A DNA stretch of 64,000 nucleotides, taken from Squalus acanthias. Its lineage: Eukaryota. The position numbers and the translations under genes are program-made. Positions 51,256-64,000 of the stretch are shown one piece after another; position 1 is the first letter of the stretch; each line of letters begins with the position of its first letter. The notes beneath the pieces are model-generated. The model was given only the letters and a program-made list of their open reading frames with translations. It made no database searches and had not been told where the DNA came from. The stretch spans positions 1,240,001-1,304,000 of the forward strand of contig JASTWF010000035.1 of NCBI GenBank assembly GCA_030390025.1, given 5' to 3'.

Positions 51256-51659
51256 AGTGTTCCTGTGGAGCTAGGAGGAGCAGGAGTGCTCCTCCGACTC
51301 GTAACCTGATGCCAGGAAGTATTTCCTCACAAAGAAGGGTGCTCAATACCTCGATTGGACACAGGGTAAGGTCGTGGAAGCAGAAACTCTTGAGCCATTC
51401 AAGCGCCAGTTGGATGCCAGGTGGCGCCATTGGTTCTATGGATGGATGAGCAAGATGGGCTGAATGGCCTCCCTTACCTTGTGAAATATAGAAACACACA
51501 TAAACCCAGACATTGACACACTGAAGCAGGCAGACATTTAGACAAGCATAAAGACCAGGGATAATCCTCTACACACATTCAGACTGACTGACCTTACAGC
51601 TAGCGATAGCGAGCCCACTGAACCATCAATGTAAAAGGTTTTTTGTGTCTCCCCTACAG

Positions 51660-51852
51660 GGACGTATTGTGTGGAAAAATCCAGTGTAAGGGCGGAGGAG
51701 CAAAACCACTCCGAGGAGGAACCTTGAGCATTGTTAGCACCTCCCTCGTTTTACAGGGTGTGACCTATAATTGCCGAGGGACATTTGGTACTTTAGGTGA
51801 TGCCAGCAGTTCAGACCTAGTTCGGCAAGGAACCAAGTGCGGAAACAACAAG
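51660..51852 (+). CDS. ADAM15: ADAM15-like exon, cysteine-rich domain C-part
   Basis: cccctacag|G...AAG|gtaatc; phase 2-0. DVLCGKIQCKGGGAKPLRGG...YNCRGT...DLVRQGTKCGNNK has the ADAM CGKIQC and GTKC motifs. Confidence 0.9.
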
Positions 51853-51998
51853 GTAATCAATTCACGATCACTATAGAAGCAATATTAACTCTGGAGGAAT
51901 TGGTACTGTTCCACTCTCCCCATTCAAGCTCATAGACTTCCTTCCCTCCCAGGGGTCATGCTGCCACTCTCCCTCCTCACTCCACAGTTAAAGACGTA

Positions 51999-52738
51999 GG
52001 GGAAAAATTCGTTATCGACCATTTTGGGGCGCTAACATTGCCTGGGCGCTAACTTTAGCGCCCGGCACCAGCGACCGCAAACTTCAGTTTTAGCGCCCCA
52101 AGAGGATGGTGGAGCGCTAATTCGAGCACTCCACTTACTTCTCAGAGCGCTAACCCCAAATATCGGGGCGGTGTGTTCTGCAGCGCTACGCACTGGGCCA
52201 CATAGCGCTTCCGCATGGAAGGGCTCTTCCCCTCACTAAAGGGGAGAGCCCAAGCCCACAAGTCTGCGGGCCCCTACCTGGACCACCGGGGAGCGAGGTG
52301 CCGTGCCAGCAGCCTGGCACACAAGAGGATTGCCAGGCTGCCAGAACGCAGCACAGACCCGTGTTCAAAGACGCATCGGGCCGTGCCAAGTAAGTGGACG
52401 ATTTCTTTTCCCCATCCGCCACCTCCCCTTTACTTAGTGCCCCGCGATCCTCCTGCTGCACTGTTCCCGCCCCCTGAATTGGTCGCTGTCATCGCCTGGC
52501 GCAGAGTCAGGGGGTGCCGGCCATTTTTGCAGGTGGGCCGAAAACAGAGCGCTACGCACAGTGATGACGTCATCGTCTGCGCAGCGGAGCGGGTTGCTAC
52601 CGGTTACCGCTGCCGCTAAAGCTCTGAATTTAGCGGGAGTCGTTAGCGGCGCTGCGCCCGGGCGAAAAGTCATTGGCGCCCCGTTAGCGCCCCCCAGAGG
52701 CACTAACAGGAGGCGCTAAGGTACCCAATTTCTAGCCC
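51999..52738. mobile_element. Harbinger-type MITE
   Basis: GGGGAAAAATT / AATTTCTAGCCC ends; TSD GTA; TAGCGCC-rich subtermini as in 26055-30328. Confidence 0.8.
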
Positions 52739-52769
52739 GTATTTTCTGATTCACACTGGTCCCAGCCTC

Positions 52770-53270
52770 CCCCATTCCCCCACTCTACCACCTCCAACTT
52801 CTGCCCCTGCTCCCTCGCCTTCATTGCCTTTAATTTCCCACTCCCCTTCCCTCTCCCCCTCTCTCCCCTTCACTTTGCCCCTTCCCTCTCTCCCCTTCAC
52901 TTTGCCCCTTCCCTCTCTCCCCTTCACTTTGCCCCTTCCTTCTCCCCTTCTCTTTCCCCCTTCACTTTCCCCTTGCTACTCCCCTTCATTTTCCCCTTCT
53001 CTTTCCCCTCTCTTCCCTTCACTTTGCCCCTTCCCTTTCCCACTCCCCTTCATATTTTCCCCTTCCCTCTTCCCATCACATTCCTCCTTTCCTCTCTCAT
53101 TCACTTCCATCCTTACACTTCACCACAATCTACCCTCTTTCATTGACATCCCTCCCCATCTATTCTCCTCACCATACAATCTCCCATCTCCCCTCACCAA
53201 AAATACTGCCCGCTCCCTCACCATACATTATTCCTCCTCCTGTCACTGCAATTCTTCCACTCCCCTCACC
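52770..53270. repeat. CT-rich low-complexity tract with a short tandem repeat
   Basis: Seen directly. Confidence 0.75.
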
Positions 53271-54444
53271 ATTAATTATAAAGCTGGGTGGGAATGTAAG
53301 TTGTAAGGAGGATGCAAGGGGATATAGACAGGCTAAGTGAGTGGGCAAGAACATGGCAAATGGAATATAATTTGGAGAAATGTAAGAGCGATGGCCCTGC
53401 AAATTTAAATTAGGGAGAGGTGACGTCAGTTGGCGTGCAACGCTGACTTAACGTTACCTCGCCGAACTTGGACCTTAGCGCTGAGGTCAGCACTGGGTCC
53501 TAAGCTTGCCATGAAAACTCAGCAGCCTGACAGAGGCGCTGTCAGCACCTCTTAAAGGGACACACACATCCTTCAGGTAAGTTTGCATTTAAGCTTTTGG
53601 ACTGGATTTTTTTTATTTTATTGAAGTAGTGGCTTGCTGCAATACATGTTAAAAGCTTTTTAGTGTACAGGGAATGCTTCTGGATGCTTGCAAGGCCTCG
53701 GATAGTAAAAGAAGGCCTCTGAAGACAGAAAATGCTGCAAATACTCAGCAGGCCAGGCAACATCCACGGAGAGAGAAACAGAGTTCACATCTCAGCTGGA
53801 GATGCTGCCTGACCTGCTGAGTATTTCCAGCATTTTCTGCTTCCATTTCAGATTTACAGCATCAGCTCGCAGAGGGAAGAGGAAGACATAGAAGAGGAAG
53901 AAGCAGAAGAAGAAGAAGCAGAAGGAAGGGTGCAACCCAGACAGCCCCTTTCCGGCCAGGATATCCGGGATGGAATCATCCGCCTGCGGTACCAGTGACC
54001 ACAACCCCAATTCCCCTTTCAGCATTTGTCCCACACCTTACCTCCCCTCTGTTACTGACCATCACAGCGTCCTCTTGGCCATAGTGCTGAAATAAAAGCC
54101 AATACAAAGCAAACTTTCCAATCCAACTTTATACATCTATCCATCCAATATGACATCAAAAAATCAACTCATCACCCTTATGCATTCCCTTAGTGACTGT
54201 CTTGTGTGTGCCTTTGTCTACCCTATTGATGTCGTACAGTGCTAACCCAGTGGCTGCAGCATGGCTGGTGGAAGACTGCTGACTTTCAGTGGGGGACACT
54301 GCAAATGGCCTTGCTGGTCGACCTTGAGGATCTGGTGGTTGGGAGTGTCAAATTGAGTGATGGTGTTTCTACTTCTTCTTCTTCTGCTTCTTCGTCTTCT
54401 TCTTCTTCACTCTCCTCTTCTTCTTGGTCAACCAAGATTTAGTT

Positions 54445-54870
54445 TCATACAATTCAGTTGGCTCCCGATTAAGCAATGCGTCAATTTCAAAATTCTCATC
54501 CTTGTTTTCAAATCCCTCCACGGCCTCCCTATCTCTGTAATCTCCTTCAGCCCCACAACCCTCCCGAGATATCTGCGCTCCTCTAATTCTGCCCTCTTGA
54601 GCATCCCTGATTATAATCGCGCAACCATCGGTGGCCATGCCTTCAGCTGCCAAGGCCCTAAGCTCTGGAATTCCCTCCCTAAACCTCTCCGCCTCTCTAC
54701 CTCTCTTTCCTCCTTTAAGATGCTCCTTAAAACCTGCCTCTTTGACCAAGCTTTAGGTCATCTGCCCTAAATTTCTTATGTGGTTCGGTGTCAAATTATA
54801 ACACTCCTGTGAAGCGCCTTGGGACGTTTTACTACGTTAAAGGTGCTATATAAACACAAGTTGTTGTTGT
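54445..54870 (+). mobile_element. L2 LINE 3' end
   Basis: WLPIKQ..FKILILVFKSLHG, GPKLWNSLP; AAGTTGTTGTTG tail. Confidence 0.85.
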
Positions 54871-57800
54871 ATCAAAAACAACAGTGATCCTCGTACTGAA
54901 CCATGGAAACTCCACTGTATACTTCCCTGCAGTCCAAAAACAGCCATTCGCCACAACTCTCTGTTTTCTATCCCACAGCCAATTTTGTATCCATGCTGCT
55001 ACTCCCCCTTTTATCCCATGGACTTCAATTTTGTGAACAAGCCTAATATGTGGTATTTTATCAAAAAGTCCATATACACAACATCAACTGCACTGCCCTC
55101 ATCCACCCTCTCTATTATCTCCTAAAAAACTCAATCTAGTTGGTCAAACATGATATGCCCTTAACAAATCCTTGCTGGCTCGCCTTTATTAGTCCATGCT
55201 TGTCCAACTGGCTGTTAATTTTTCTCCTGGATTATTGTTTCTAAAATTTCCCCACCACCAATGTTAAACTGACTGGCTTGTAATTTCCAGGTTTATCCTT
55301 CTCCCCTTTTTTGAACAAGGGTGTAATAATTTGCAATCTTCCAGTCCTTTGGCACCATGCCTATATCTATGGAGGGTTGGAAGATTGTGGCCAACACCTC
55401 CACAATTTCTACCGTTACTTCCCTCCAGGATGAAGCCCATCTGGACCAAGTGACTTACCTACTTTAAGTACTGTCAACCTTCCTATTACCTCCTCTTTAT
55501 CTATTTTTATCTCATCCAGTATCCCGGCAACCTCCTCATTTACCATAGCTTTGGCAAAGTCTTCTTCCTTGGTAAACACCAATGCAAAGTACTCATTTAA
55601 TACCTCAGACATGCCTTCTGCCTCCACCAATAGATCTTCTACTTTTTCCCGACTCCATAGTTCTTGCACCTCTCAGTAATTTCTTTGCAAATCTGGTTCT
55701 CTATCTCTTTCCCACTATTTCGTGTCCTATAAAATACACCAAGTAGCGCATTAGCTCCTTTATTGTTTCTCCAGTCCAACCAAATAGATTCTGTCTTTGA
55801 CCCCCTCAAGGACAGTCTCTCTTTCTAGCACTGTAATATTTTCCTTAATCAAAACTAAGAACAGTCTCTCCTTCTAGCACTGTAATATTTTCCTTAATCA
55901 AAACTGCTACCCCTCCTCCTTTTTTTTCCTTTCCTATCTTTCCTGACTACATTGTACCCGGTAATATTAAGCAGTATAATGGGATATATGTGAAGTTATC
56001 CACTTCGGTAGGAAAAACAGAAAGGCAGAGTATTATTTAAATGGTGATAGATTGGGAAATGTTGATGTACAAAGGGACCTGGGTGTCCTTGTACACCAGT
56101 CACTGACAGCAAGCAGTTAGGAAGGCAAATGGTATGTTGGCCTTCATTGCAAGAGGATTTGAGTACAGGAGCAAGGATGTCTTACTACAGTTATACAGGG
56201 CCTTGGTGAGACCACACCTGGAGTACTGTGTGCAGTTTTGGTCTCCTTACCTAAGAAAGGATATACTTGCCATAGAGGGAGTGCAGCGAAGGTTCACCAG
56301 ACTGATTCCTGGGATGGCAGGCCTGTCGTATGAGGAGAGATTGGGTCGACTAGGCCTGTATTCACTAGAGTTTAGAAGAATGAGATGGGATCTCATTGAA
56401 ACGTATAAAATTCTGACAGGGCTAGACAGACTGGATGCAGGGAGGATGTTTCCCCTGGCTGGGGGCTCTAGAACGAGGGGTCACAGTCTCAGGATACGGG
56501 GTAGGACATTTAGGACTGAGATGAGAAATTTCTTCACTCAGAGCGTGGTGAACCTGTGGAATTCTCTACCACAGAAGGCTGTGGAGGCCAAGTCACTGAA
56601 TATATTTAAGAAGGAGATAGATAGATTTCTAGACACAAAAGGCATCAAGGTGTATGGGGAGAGAGCGGGAATATGGTATTGAGATAGAGGATCAGCCATG
56701 ATCATATTGAATGGCGGAGCAGGCTCGAAGGGCCTACTCCTGCTCCTATTTTTCTATGTTTCTATGTCTCTCTCCAATCCTCCCCTTTTTTCAGCCAGGT
56801 CTCTGTTATCGCCACTACATCATATTCCCACGTGGCTATTTGCACCTGCAACTCACCACCTTATTAACCACACTTTGTTCATTTATACACATGCATTCCA
56901 AACCTAACTTAGACCTCTTTGTATTTTCTATGACCCACCTAATTCTGTATTATTACTTCCAAAAGGCATTTGATAAAGTGCCACATAATAGGCTTGTCAG
57001 CAAACTTGAAGCCCATGGAATAAAAGGGACAGTGGCTAAGTGACAGGAAACAGAGAGTAGTGGTGAACGGTTGTTTTTCAGACTGGAGGAAGGTGGTGTT
57101 CCCCAGGGGTCGGTTCTAGGACCACTACTTTTCTTGATATATATCAATGACTTGGACTTGGGTATACAGGGCACAACTTCAAAATTTGCAGATGACACAA
57201 AACTTAGAAGTATAGTGAACAGTGAGGAGGGTAGTGATATAGACAGGCTGGTGGAATGGGCGGACATGTGACAGATGAAATTTAACGCAGAAAAGTGAGA
57301 AGTGATACATTTTGGTAGGAAGAATGAGGAGAGGCAATATAAACTAAAGGGTACAACTCTAAAGGGGCTGCATGAACAGAGAGACCTGGGGGTATATGTG
57401 TACAAATCATTGAAGGTGGCAGGGCAGGTTGAGAAAGTGGTTGAAAAAGCATACAGGATTCTGGGCTTCATAAATAGAGGCATAGAATATAAAAGCAAGG
57501 AAGTTATGATGAACCTTTATAAAACACTGGTTTGGCCTCAACTAGAGTATTGTGTCCCATTCTGGGCACCGCACTTTAGGAAGGATGTGAAGGCCTTAGA
57601 GAGGTGCAAAAAAGATTTACGAGAATGGGTCCATGAATTAGGGATTTCAGTTACGTGGATAGACTAGAGAAGCTGGGGTTGTTCTCCTTAGAGCAGAGAA
57701 GATTGAGAGGAGATTTGATAGAAGTGTTCAAAATCATGAGGGGTCTAGACAGAGTAGATAGAGAGAAACTGTTCCTATTGGCGGAAGGGTCGAGAACCAG

Positions 57801-58095
57801 AGGACACAGATTTACGGTGATTGGCAAAAGAACCAAAGGCGACATGAGGAAAACATGTTGATGCAGCGAGTGGTTAGGATCTGGAATGCATTGCTTGAAA
57901 GGGTGGTGGAGGCAGATTCAATCGTGGCTTTCAAAAAGGAATTGCATTAAGTACCTGAAGGAAAAAAAATTACCGGGCTACGGGGAAAGGGCGGGAGAGT
58001 GGAACCAGCTGAAGTGCTCTTGCAGAGAGCCGGCACAGGCTCGATGGGCTGAATGGCCTCCTTCTGTGCTGTAACCATTCTATGATTCTATGATT
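54871..58095. mobile_element. CR1 fragments: degraded (-, 54871-55970), + (55972-56765), + (56955-58095)
   Basis: RT motifs and 3' UTR tails. Confidence 0.85.
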
Positions 58096-58476
58096 TCGAA
58101 CTCTGTCACCCCAGCCCTCTGTGCCCCTTGTTTCTGCTCTTCAATACTACTCCCCCTCCACTCACTGTACATTCTTCCTCTTTCTGTCATCGTACATTCT
58201 GACCCTTAGCTTTACATTCTGTCCCTGCCCTCATCAACCATTTTCCATTCTACTTGCCATGCATTTTGGCCTTTCATCTTTCCCATTTTTTCCCCTGCAC
58301 ATACCAACTATACCACCTTCATTTTGTGATGCATTTTGCTCCATCCCTTTACCAATCATTTCTCTGTCCCCTTGGCATGATCTTTTCCCTCCTCAACTGT
58401 TTCCCCTTCCCCTGGCCAACCTTTCTCTTGGCAAAACCATTTTGTCCTCCCCTCACCAAAAATTTCTCTTCTTTTT

Positions 58477-58575
58477 CCAACCATTCCCCTTTTTATTCCA
58501 ACCATTCCCCTTTTATTTCCAACCATTCCCCTTTTTATTCCAACCATTCCCCTTTTTATTCCAACCATTCCCATT
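58477..58575. repeat. 21-bp tandem repeat, ~5 copies
   Basis: Unit CCAACCATTCCCCTTTTTATT. Confidence 0.85.
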
Positions 58576-58760
58576 TTCCTTTCTAATCATGCCCCCTTCC
58601 CTTTCCAACCATTTCCCTTCTCATTCCAACCATTCCCGCTCCCATTTCTGACCACTCCACACAGCTCCTACCTGTCTGTTAGCTTATACACAGGAGAGGC
58701 CCGCTCTCAGCGCGTTCCGTGCCCTAATGGCCTAGATCGGTACTTCAAAGTATATACAAG

Positions 58761-59397
58761 GGGCAAAAAATGGAGTCGCTCCCCCTTTGGGGCGCTAACT
58801 TCGCCTGGGTGCTATTTTTAGCACCCCGGAAAAATTAGCGCCCCGCGACGGAAATTGACTAGTAGCGCCCCGCTTCCCTCTTGGGGCGCTGCAAGGGAAT
58901 ATCCCGGTGCTACATAAAGAGGAGGGGCCTTGCGCAGCGCGACCTGGGCCCCCGGGGATCGGGAGTGTCGGCAAAAGAGCCCGGCACTCGAGAAGTGCCG
59001 GGCTCATGGAGCGCAGCCGGCACTCCACGGGGGGACGGGTAAGGAGGCCGGGGACGGGAGCGGAGGCAGGTGCTGGCAGGTGGCCAGCAACAAAAATAGC
59101 TGCCCAGCACTGCGCCTTTAAATAGCACCTCCCCGGCCGCAGATAGGCCCCCCTGACCCCGTCGGACATAGCGTCCGGGGGCAAGTCAGAGGGCGCTACC
59201 GAAGATCGTGGGCGGGGTACTGCGCACGGCGATGACGTCATCGCCGGCGGCGCAGCGCCGCGGGGCACTACCAGTTACAGCCACCGGTAACCTCCCGCTG
59301 AATTTTGCGGGAGGCGTTGGCGGCGCTGCGCCCGGGCGCTAGTTGCTTTGCGTGCTGTTAGCGCCCTCTTAGGGCAAAGCAACTGAATTTTTCCCCC
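58761..59397. mobile_element. Harbinger-type MITE
   Basis: GGGCAAAAAATG / AATTTTTCCCCC ends; TSD AAG; same subterminal motifs as 26055-30328. Confidence 0.8.
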
Positions 59398-59479
59398 AAG
59401 AACTCCTGTTATTGTGCTAATTGTACAGACAATGGCAATCGCAGCCATTAGTGCTGGGAACAAACTAGCACAAGTACTG

Positions 59480-62208
59480 GGACTGTCTGGTGTGTATTCC
59501 CCCTGACTCAGTGGGAGTGAGACTGTCCAGTGTGTAATCCATTGACTCAGTGGGAGTGAGACTGTCCAGTGTGTAATCCATTGACTCAGGGACTGAGACA
59601 ATCCAGTGTGTAATCCATTGACTCAGGGGGAGTGAGACTGTCCAGTGTGTAATCCATTGACTCGGGGAGTGAGACTGTCCAGTGTGTAATCCATTGACTC
59701 AGGGGGAGTGAGACTGTCCAGTGTGTAATCCATTGACTCGGGGAGTGAGACTGTCCAGTGTGTAATCCATTGACTCAGGGGGAGTGAGACTGTCCAGTGT
59801 GTAATCCATTGACTCAGGGGGAGTGGGAATGTCCAGTGTGTAATCCATTGACTCAGGGGGAGTGGGACTGTCCAGTGTGTAATCCATTGACTCAGGGGGA
59901 GTGAGACTGTCCAGTGTGTAATCCATTGACTCAGGGGGAGTGAGACTATCCAGTGTGTAATCCATTGACTCAGGGGGACTGAGACTGTCCAGTGTGTAAT
60001 CCATTGACTCAGGGGGAGTGGGACTGTCCAGTGTGTAATCCATTGACTCAGGGGGAGTGAGACTGTCCAGTGTGTAATCCATTGACTCAGGGGGTGTTAG
60101 ACTGTCCAGTGTGTAATCCATTGACTCAGGGGGAGTGGGACTGTCCAGTGTGTAATCCATTGACTCAGGGGGAGTGAGACTATCCAGTGTGTAATCCATT
60201 GACTCAGGGGGAGTGAGACTGTCCAGTGTGTAATCCATTGACTCAGTGGGAGTGAGACTGTCCAGTGTGTAATCCATTGACTCAGGGGGAGTGAGACTGT
60301 CCAGTGTGTAATCCATTGACTCAGGGGGTGTTAGACTGTCCAGTGTGTAATCCATTGACTCAGGGGGAGTGAGACTGTCCAGTGTGTAATCCATTGACTC
60401 AGGGGGAGTGAGACTGTCCAGTGTGTAATCCATTGACTCAGGGGGAGTGAGACTGTCCAGCGTGTAATCCATTGACTCAGGGGGAGTGAGACTATCCAGT
60501 GTGTAATCCATTGACTCAGGGGGAGTGAGACTGTCCAGTGTGTAATCCATTGACTCAGGGGGACTGAGACTGTCCAGTGTGTAATCCATTGACTCAGGGG
60601 GAGTGAGACTGTCCAGTGTGTAATCCATTGACTCAGGGGGACTGAGACTGTCCAGTGTGTAATCCATTGACTCAGGGGGAGTGAGACTGTCCAGTGTGTA
60701 ATCCATTGACTCAGGGGGAGTGAGACTGTCCAGTGTGTAATCCATTGACTCAGGGGGAGTGGGACTGTCCAGTGTGTAATCCATTGACTCAGGGGGAGTG
60801 GGACTGTCCAGTGTGTAATCCATTGACTCAGGGGGAGTGGGACTGTCCAGTGTGTAATCCATTGACTCAGGGGGACTGAGACTGTCCAGTGTGTAATCCA
60901 TTGACTCAGGGGGAGTGAGACTATCCAGTGTGTAATCCATTGACTCAGGGGGAGTGAGACTGTCCAGTGTGTAATCCATTGACTCAGGGGGAGTGAGACT
61001 ATCCAGTGTGTAATCCATTGACTCAGGGGGAGTGAGACTATCCAGTGTGTAATCCATTGACTCAGGGGGAGTGAGACTGTCCAGTGTGTAATCCATTGAC
61101 TCAGGGGGACTGAGACTGTCCAGTGTGTAATCCATTGACTCAGGGGGAGTGAGACTGTCCAGTGTGTAATCCATTGACTCAGGGGGAGTGAGACTGTCCA
61201 GTGTGTAATCCATTGACTCAGGGGGAGTGAGACTGTCCAGTGTGTAATCCATTGACTCAGGGGGAGTGAGACTGTCCAGTGTGTAATCCATTGACTCAGG
61301 GGGAGTGAGACTGTCCAGTGTGTAATCCATTGACTCAGGGGGAGTGGGACTGTCCAGTGTGTAATCCATTGACTCAGGGGGAGTGAGACTGTCCAGTGTG
61401 TAATCCCTTGACTCATGGGGAGTGAGACTGTCCAGTGTGTAATCCATTGACTCAGGGGGTGTTAGACTGTCCAGTGTGTAATCCATTGACTCAGGGGGAG
61501 TGAGACTGTCCAGTGTGTAACCCATTGACTCAGGGGGAGTGGGACTGTCCAGTGTGTAATCCATTGACTCAGGGGGAGTGGGACTGTCCAGTGTGTAATC
61601 CATTGACTCAGGGGGAGTGGGACTGTCCAGTGTGTAATCCATTGACTCAGGGGGAGTGGGACTGTCCAGTGTGTAATCCATTGACTCAGGGGGACTGAGA
61701 CTGTCCAGTGTGTAATCCATTGACTCAGGGGAGTGAGACTGTCCAGTGTGTAATCCATTGACTCAGGGGGAGTGAGACTATCCAGTGTGTAATCCATTGA
61801 CTCAGGGGGAGTGAGACTGTCCAGTGTGTAATCCATTGACTCAGGGGGAGTGAGACTATCCAGTGTGTAATCCATTGACTCAGGGGGAGTGAGACTGTCC
61901 AGTGTGTAATCCATTGACTCAGGGGGAGTGAGACTGTCCAGTGTGTAATCCATTGACTCAGGGGGAGTGAGACTGTCCAGTGTGTAATCCCTTGACTCAT
62001 GGGGAGTGAGACTGTCCAGTGTGTAATCCATTGACTCAGGGGGAGTGGGACTGTCCAGTGTGTAATCCATTGACTCAGGGGGAGTGAGACTGTCCAGTGT
62101 GTAATCCATTGACTCAGGGGGACTGAGACTGTCCAGTGTGTATTCCATTGACTCAGGGACTGAGACTGTCCAGTGTGTAATCCATTGACTCAGAGAGTGA
62201 GACTGTCC
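59480..62208. repeat. 39-bp minisatellite, ~70 copies
   Basis: Unit GAGACTGTCCAGTGTGTAATCCATTGACTCAGGGGGAGT. Confidence 0.97.
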
Positions 62209-62211
62209 ATC

Positions 62212-64000
62212 GAAACATAGAAACATAGAAAATAGGTACAGGAGTAGACCATTCGGTCCTTCGAGCCTGCACCGCCATTCAATGCGTTCATGGCTGAACA
62301 TGCTACCTCAGTACCCCATTCCTGCTTTCTCGCCATACCCCTTGATCCCCCTAGTTGTGAGTGTTATATCTAACTCCCTTTTGAATATATTTAGCGAACT
62401 GGCCTCAACAACCTTCTGTGGAAGAGAATTCCATAGATTCACCACTCTCTGGGTGAAGAAGTTCCTCCTCAGCTCAGTCCTAAATGGCTTCCCCTTAATC
62501 CTTAGACTGTGACCCCTGGTTCTAGTTTTCCCTACCATTGGGAACATTCTGCCCGCATCTAATTTGTCTAAACCAGTCAGGATTTTAAATGTCTCTATAA
62601 GATCCCCCCTCATTCTTCTGAACTCCAGAGGATACAAGTTCAGTTGACCCAATCTTTCTTGATATGTCAGTCCGGCCATCCCAGGAATCAATCTAGTGAA
62701 CCTTCGCTGCACTCCCTCAATAGCAAGAATGTCCTTCCTTAAGTTAGGAGACCAAAACTGCGCACAATACTCCAGGTGTGGCCTCACCAAGGCCCTGTAC
62801 AACTGCAGCATCACCTCCCTACTCCTGTACTCAAATCCCCTTACTATGAAGGCCATCATTCCGTTTGCTTTCTTGACTGCCTGCTGCACTTGCATTCCCA
62901 CCTTCAATGACTGATGTACCATGATGCCCAGGTCTCGTTGCACCTCCCCTTTCCCTAATCTGCCACCATTCAGGTAATAGTCCGCCTCTCTATTTTTACC
63001 ACCAAAGTGGATAACCTCACATTTATCCACATTGTACTTCATCTGCCATACATTTGCCCATTCACCCAACCTGTCCAAGTCACTCTGTAGCCTCCTAGCA
63101 TCCTCCTCATTGTTCACACTGCCTCCCAATTTAGTGTCATCCGCAAATTTGGAGATATTACATTTAATCCCTTCGTCCAAATCATTAATATATAATGTAA
63201 ACAGCTGTGGTCCCAGCACCGAACCCTGCGGTACCCCGCTGGTCACTGCCTGCCATTCTGAAAAGTACCCATTTACTCCTACTCTTTGTTTCCTGTGTGC
63301 CAACCAGTTCTCAATCCACGTCAACACATTACCCCCAATCCCATGTGCTTTAACTTTGCTAACCAATCTCTTGTGTGGAACCTTGTCGAAGGCCTTCTGA
63401 AAGTCCAAATACACCACATCTACTGGTTCACCCCTGTCCACCCTATTGGAAACATCCTCAAAAAATTCCAGAAGATTTGTCAAGCATGATTTCCCTTTCA
63501 CAAATCCATGCTGACTTGGACCTATCATGTCGCCACTTTCCAAATGGTCTGTTATGACATCTTTAATAATTGCTTCCATCATTTTACCCACGACCGATGT
63601 CAGGCTGACCGGTCTATAATTCCCTGCTTTCTCCCTCCCTCCTTTTTTAAAAAGAGGGGTTACATTGGCCACCCTCCACTCCATCGGAACTGTTCCAGAG
63701 TCTAAGGAATGTTGGAAAATGATCGTCAATGCATCCACTATTTCCAAGGCCACCTCCTTAAGTACTCTGGGATGCAGACCATCAGGCCCCGGGATTTTTC
63801 AGCCTTCAGTCCCATCAATTTCCCCAATACCTTTTCCCGACTAATAAGGATTTCCCTCAGCTCCTCCCTCTTACCAGATCCTCTGACCCCTTTTATTTCC
63901 GGCAGGTTGTGTGTGTCCTCCACAGTAAACACCGAACCAAAGTACTTGTTCAATTGATCTGCCATTTCCTTGTTCCCCATTACGACTTCCCCTGTTTCCG
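62212..64000 (-). mobile_element. Young CR1 ORF2 (open RT ORF 62308-63753) with 3' UTR
   Basis: 481-aa RT ORF, frameshift near 63785, CR1 tail. Confidence 0.93.

Noticed and set aside
52824..58651. Pro/Phe/Ser-rich ORFs at 52824 and 58121
   Set aside because: Low-complexity pyrimidine tracts; no further ADAM exon (EGF-like domain) recognised downstream of 51852.
59699..61720. 673-aa ORF (PPESMDYTLDSLT)n and overlapping ORFs
   Set aside because: By-product of a 39-bp (3n) repeat without stops; indel units break the frame; no unique domain.

Overview
Eukaryotic (vertebrate) genomic DNA; the repeat make-up suggests a cartilaginous fish (inference). The only host gene found is four + strand coding exons (3271-3363, 6500-6695, 18135-18243, 51660-51852) of an ADAM metalloprotease, most like ADAM15. 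They encode the disintegrin and cysteine-rich domains, and all splice phases match. The rest is intron filled with nested mobile elements: many CR1 LINE pieces (one near full length), L2 pieces, four PIF/Harbinger transposons (DDE transposase plus a spliced Myb/SANT-like gene), at least seven Harbinger-type MITEs, Penelope-like fragments and several minisatellites. Highlights: (i) seven minimal hammerhead-ribozyme motifs of two sequence types in Penelope-type repeats, two of them in a 90-bp near-perfect palindrome; (ii) a young Harbinger with an intact spliced 458-aa Myb-like ORF and a matching MITE; (iii) a ~70-copy 39-bp minisatellite with AP-1 and TAATCC motifs in nearly every unit; (iv) TE nesting that can be reconstructed over several levels. 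I found no convincing wholly new system; the notable items are variants of known families.
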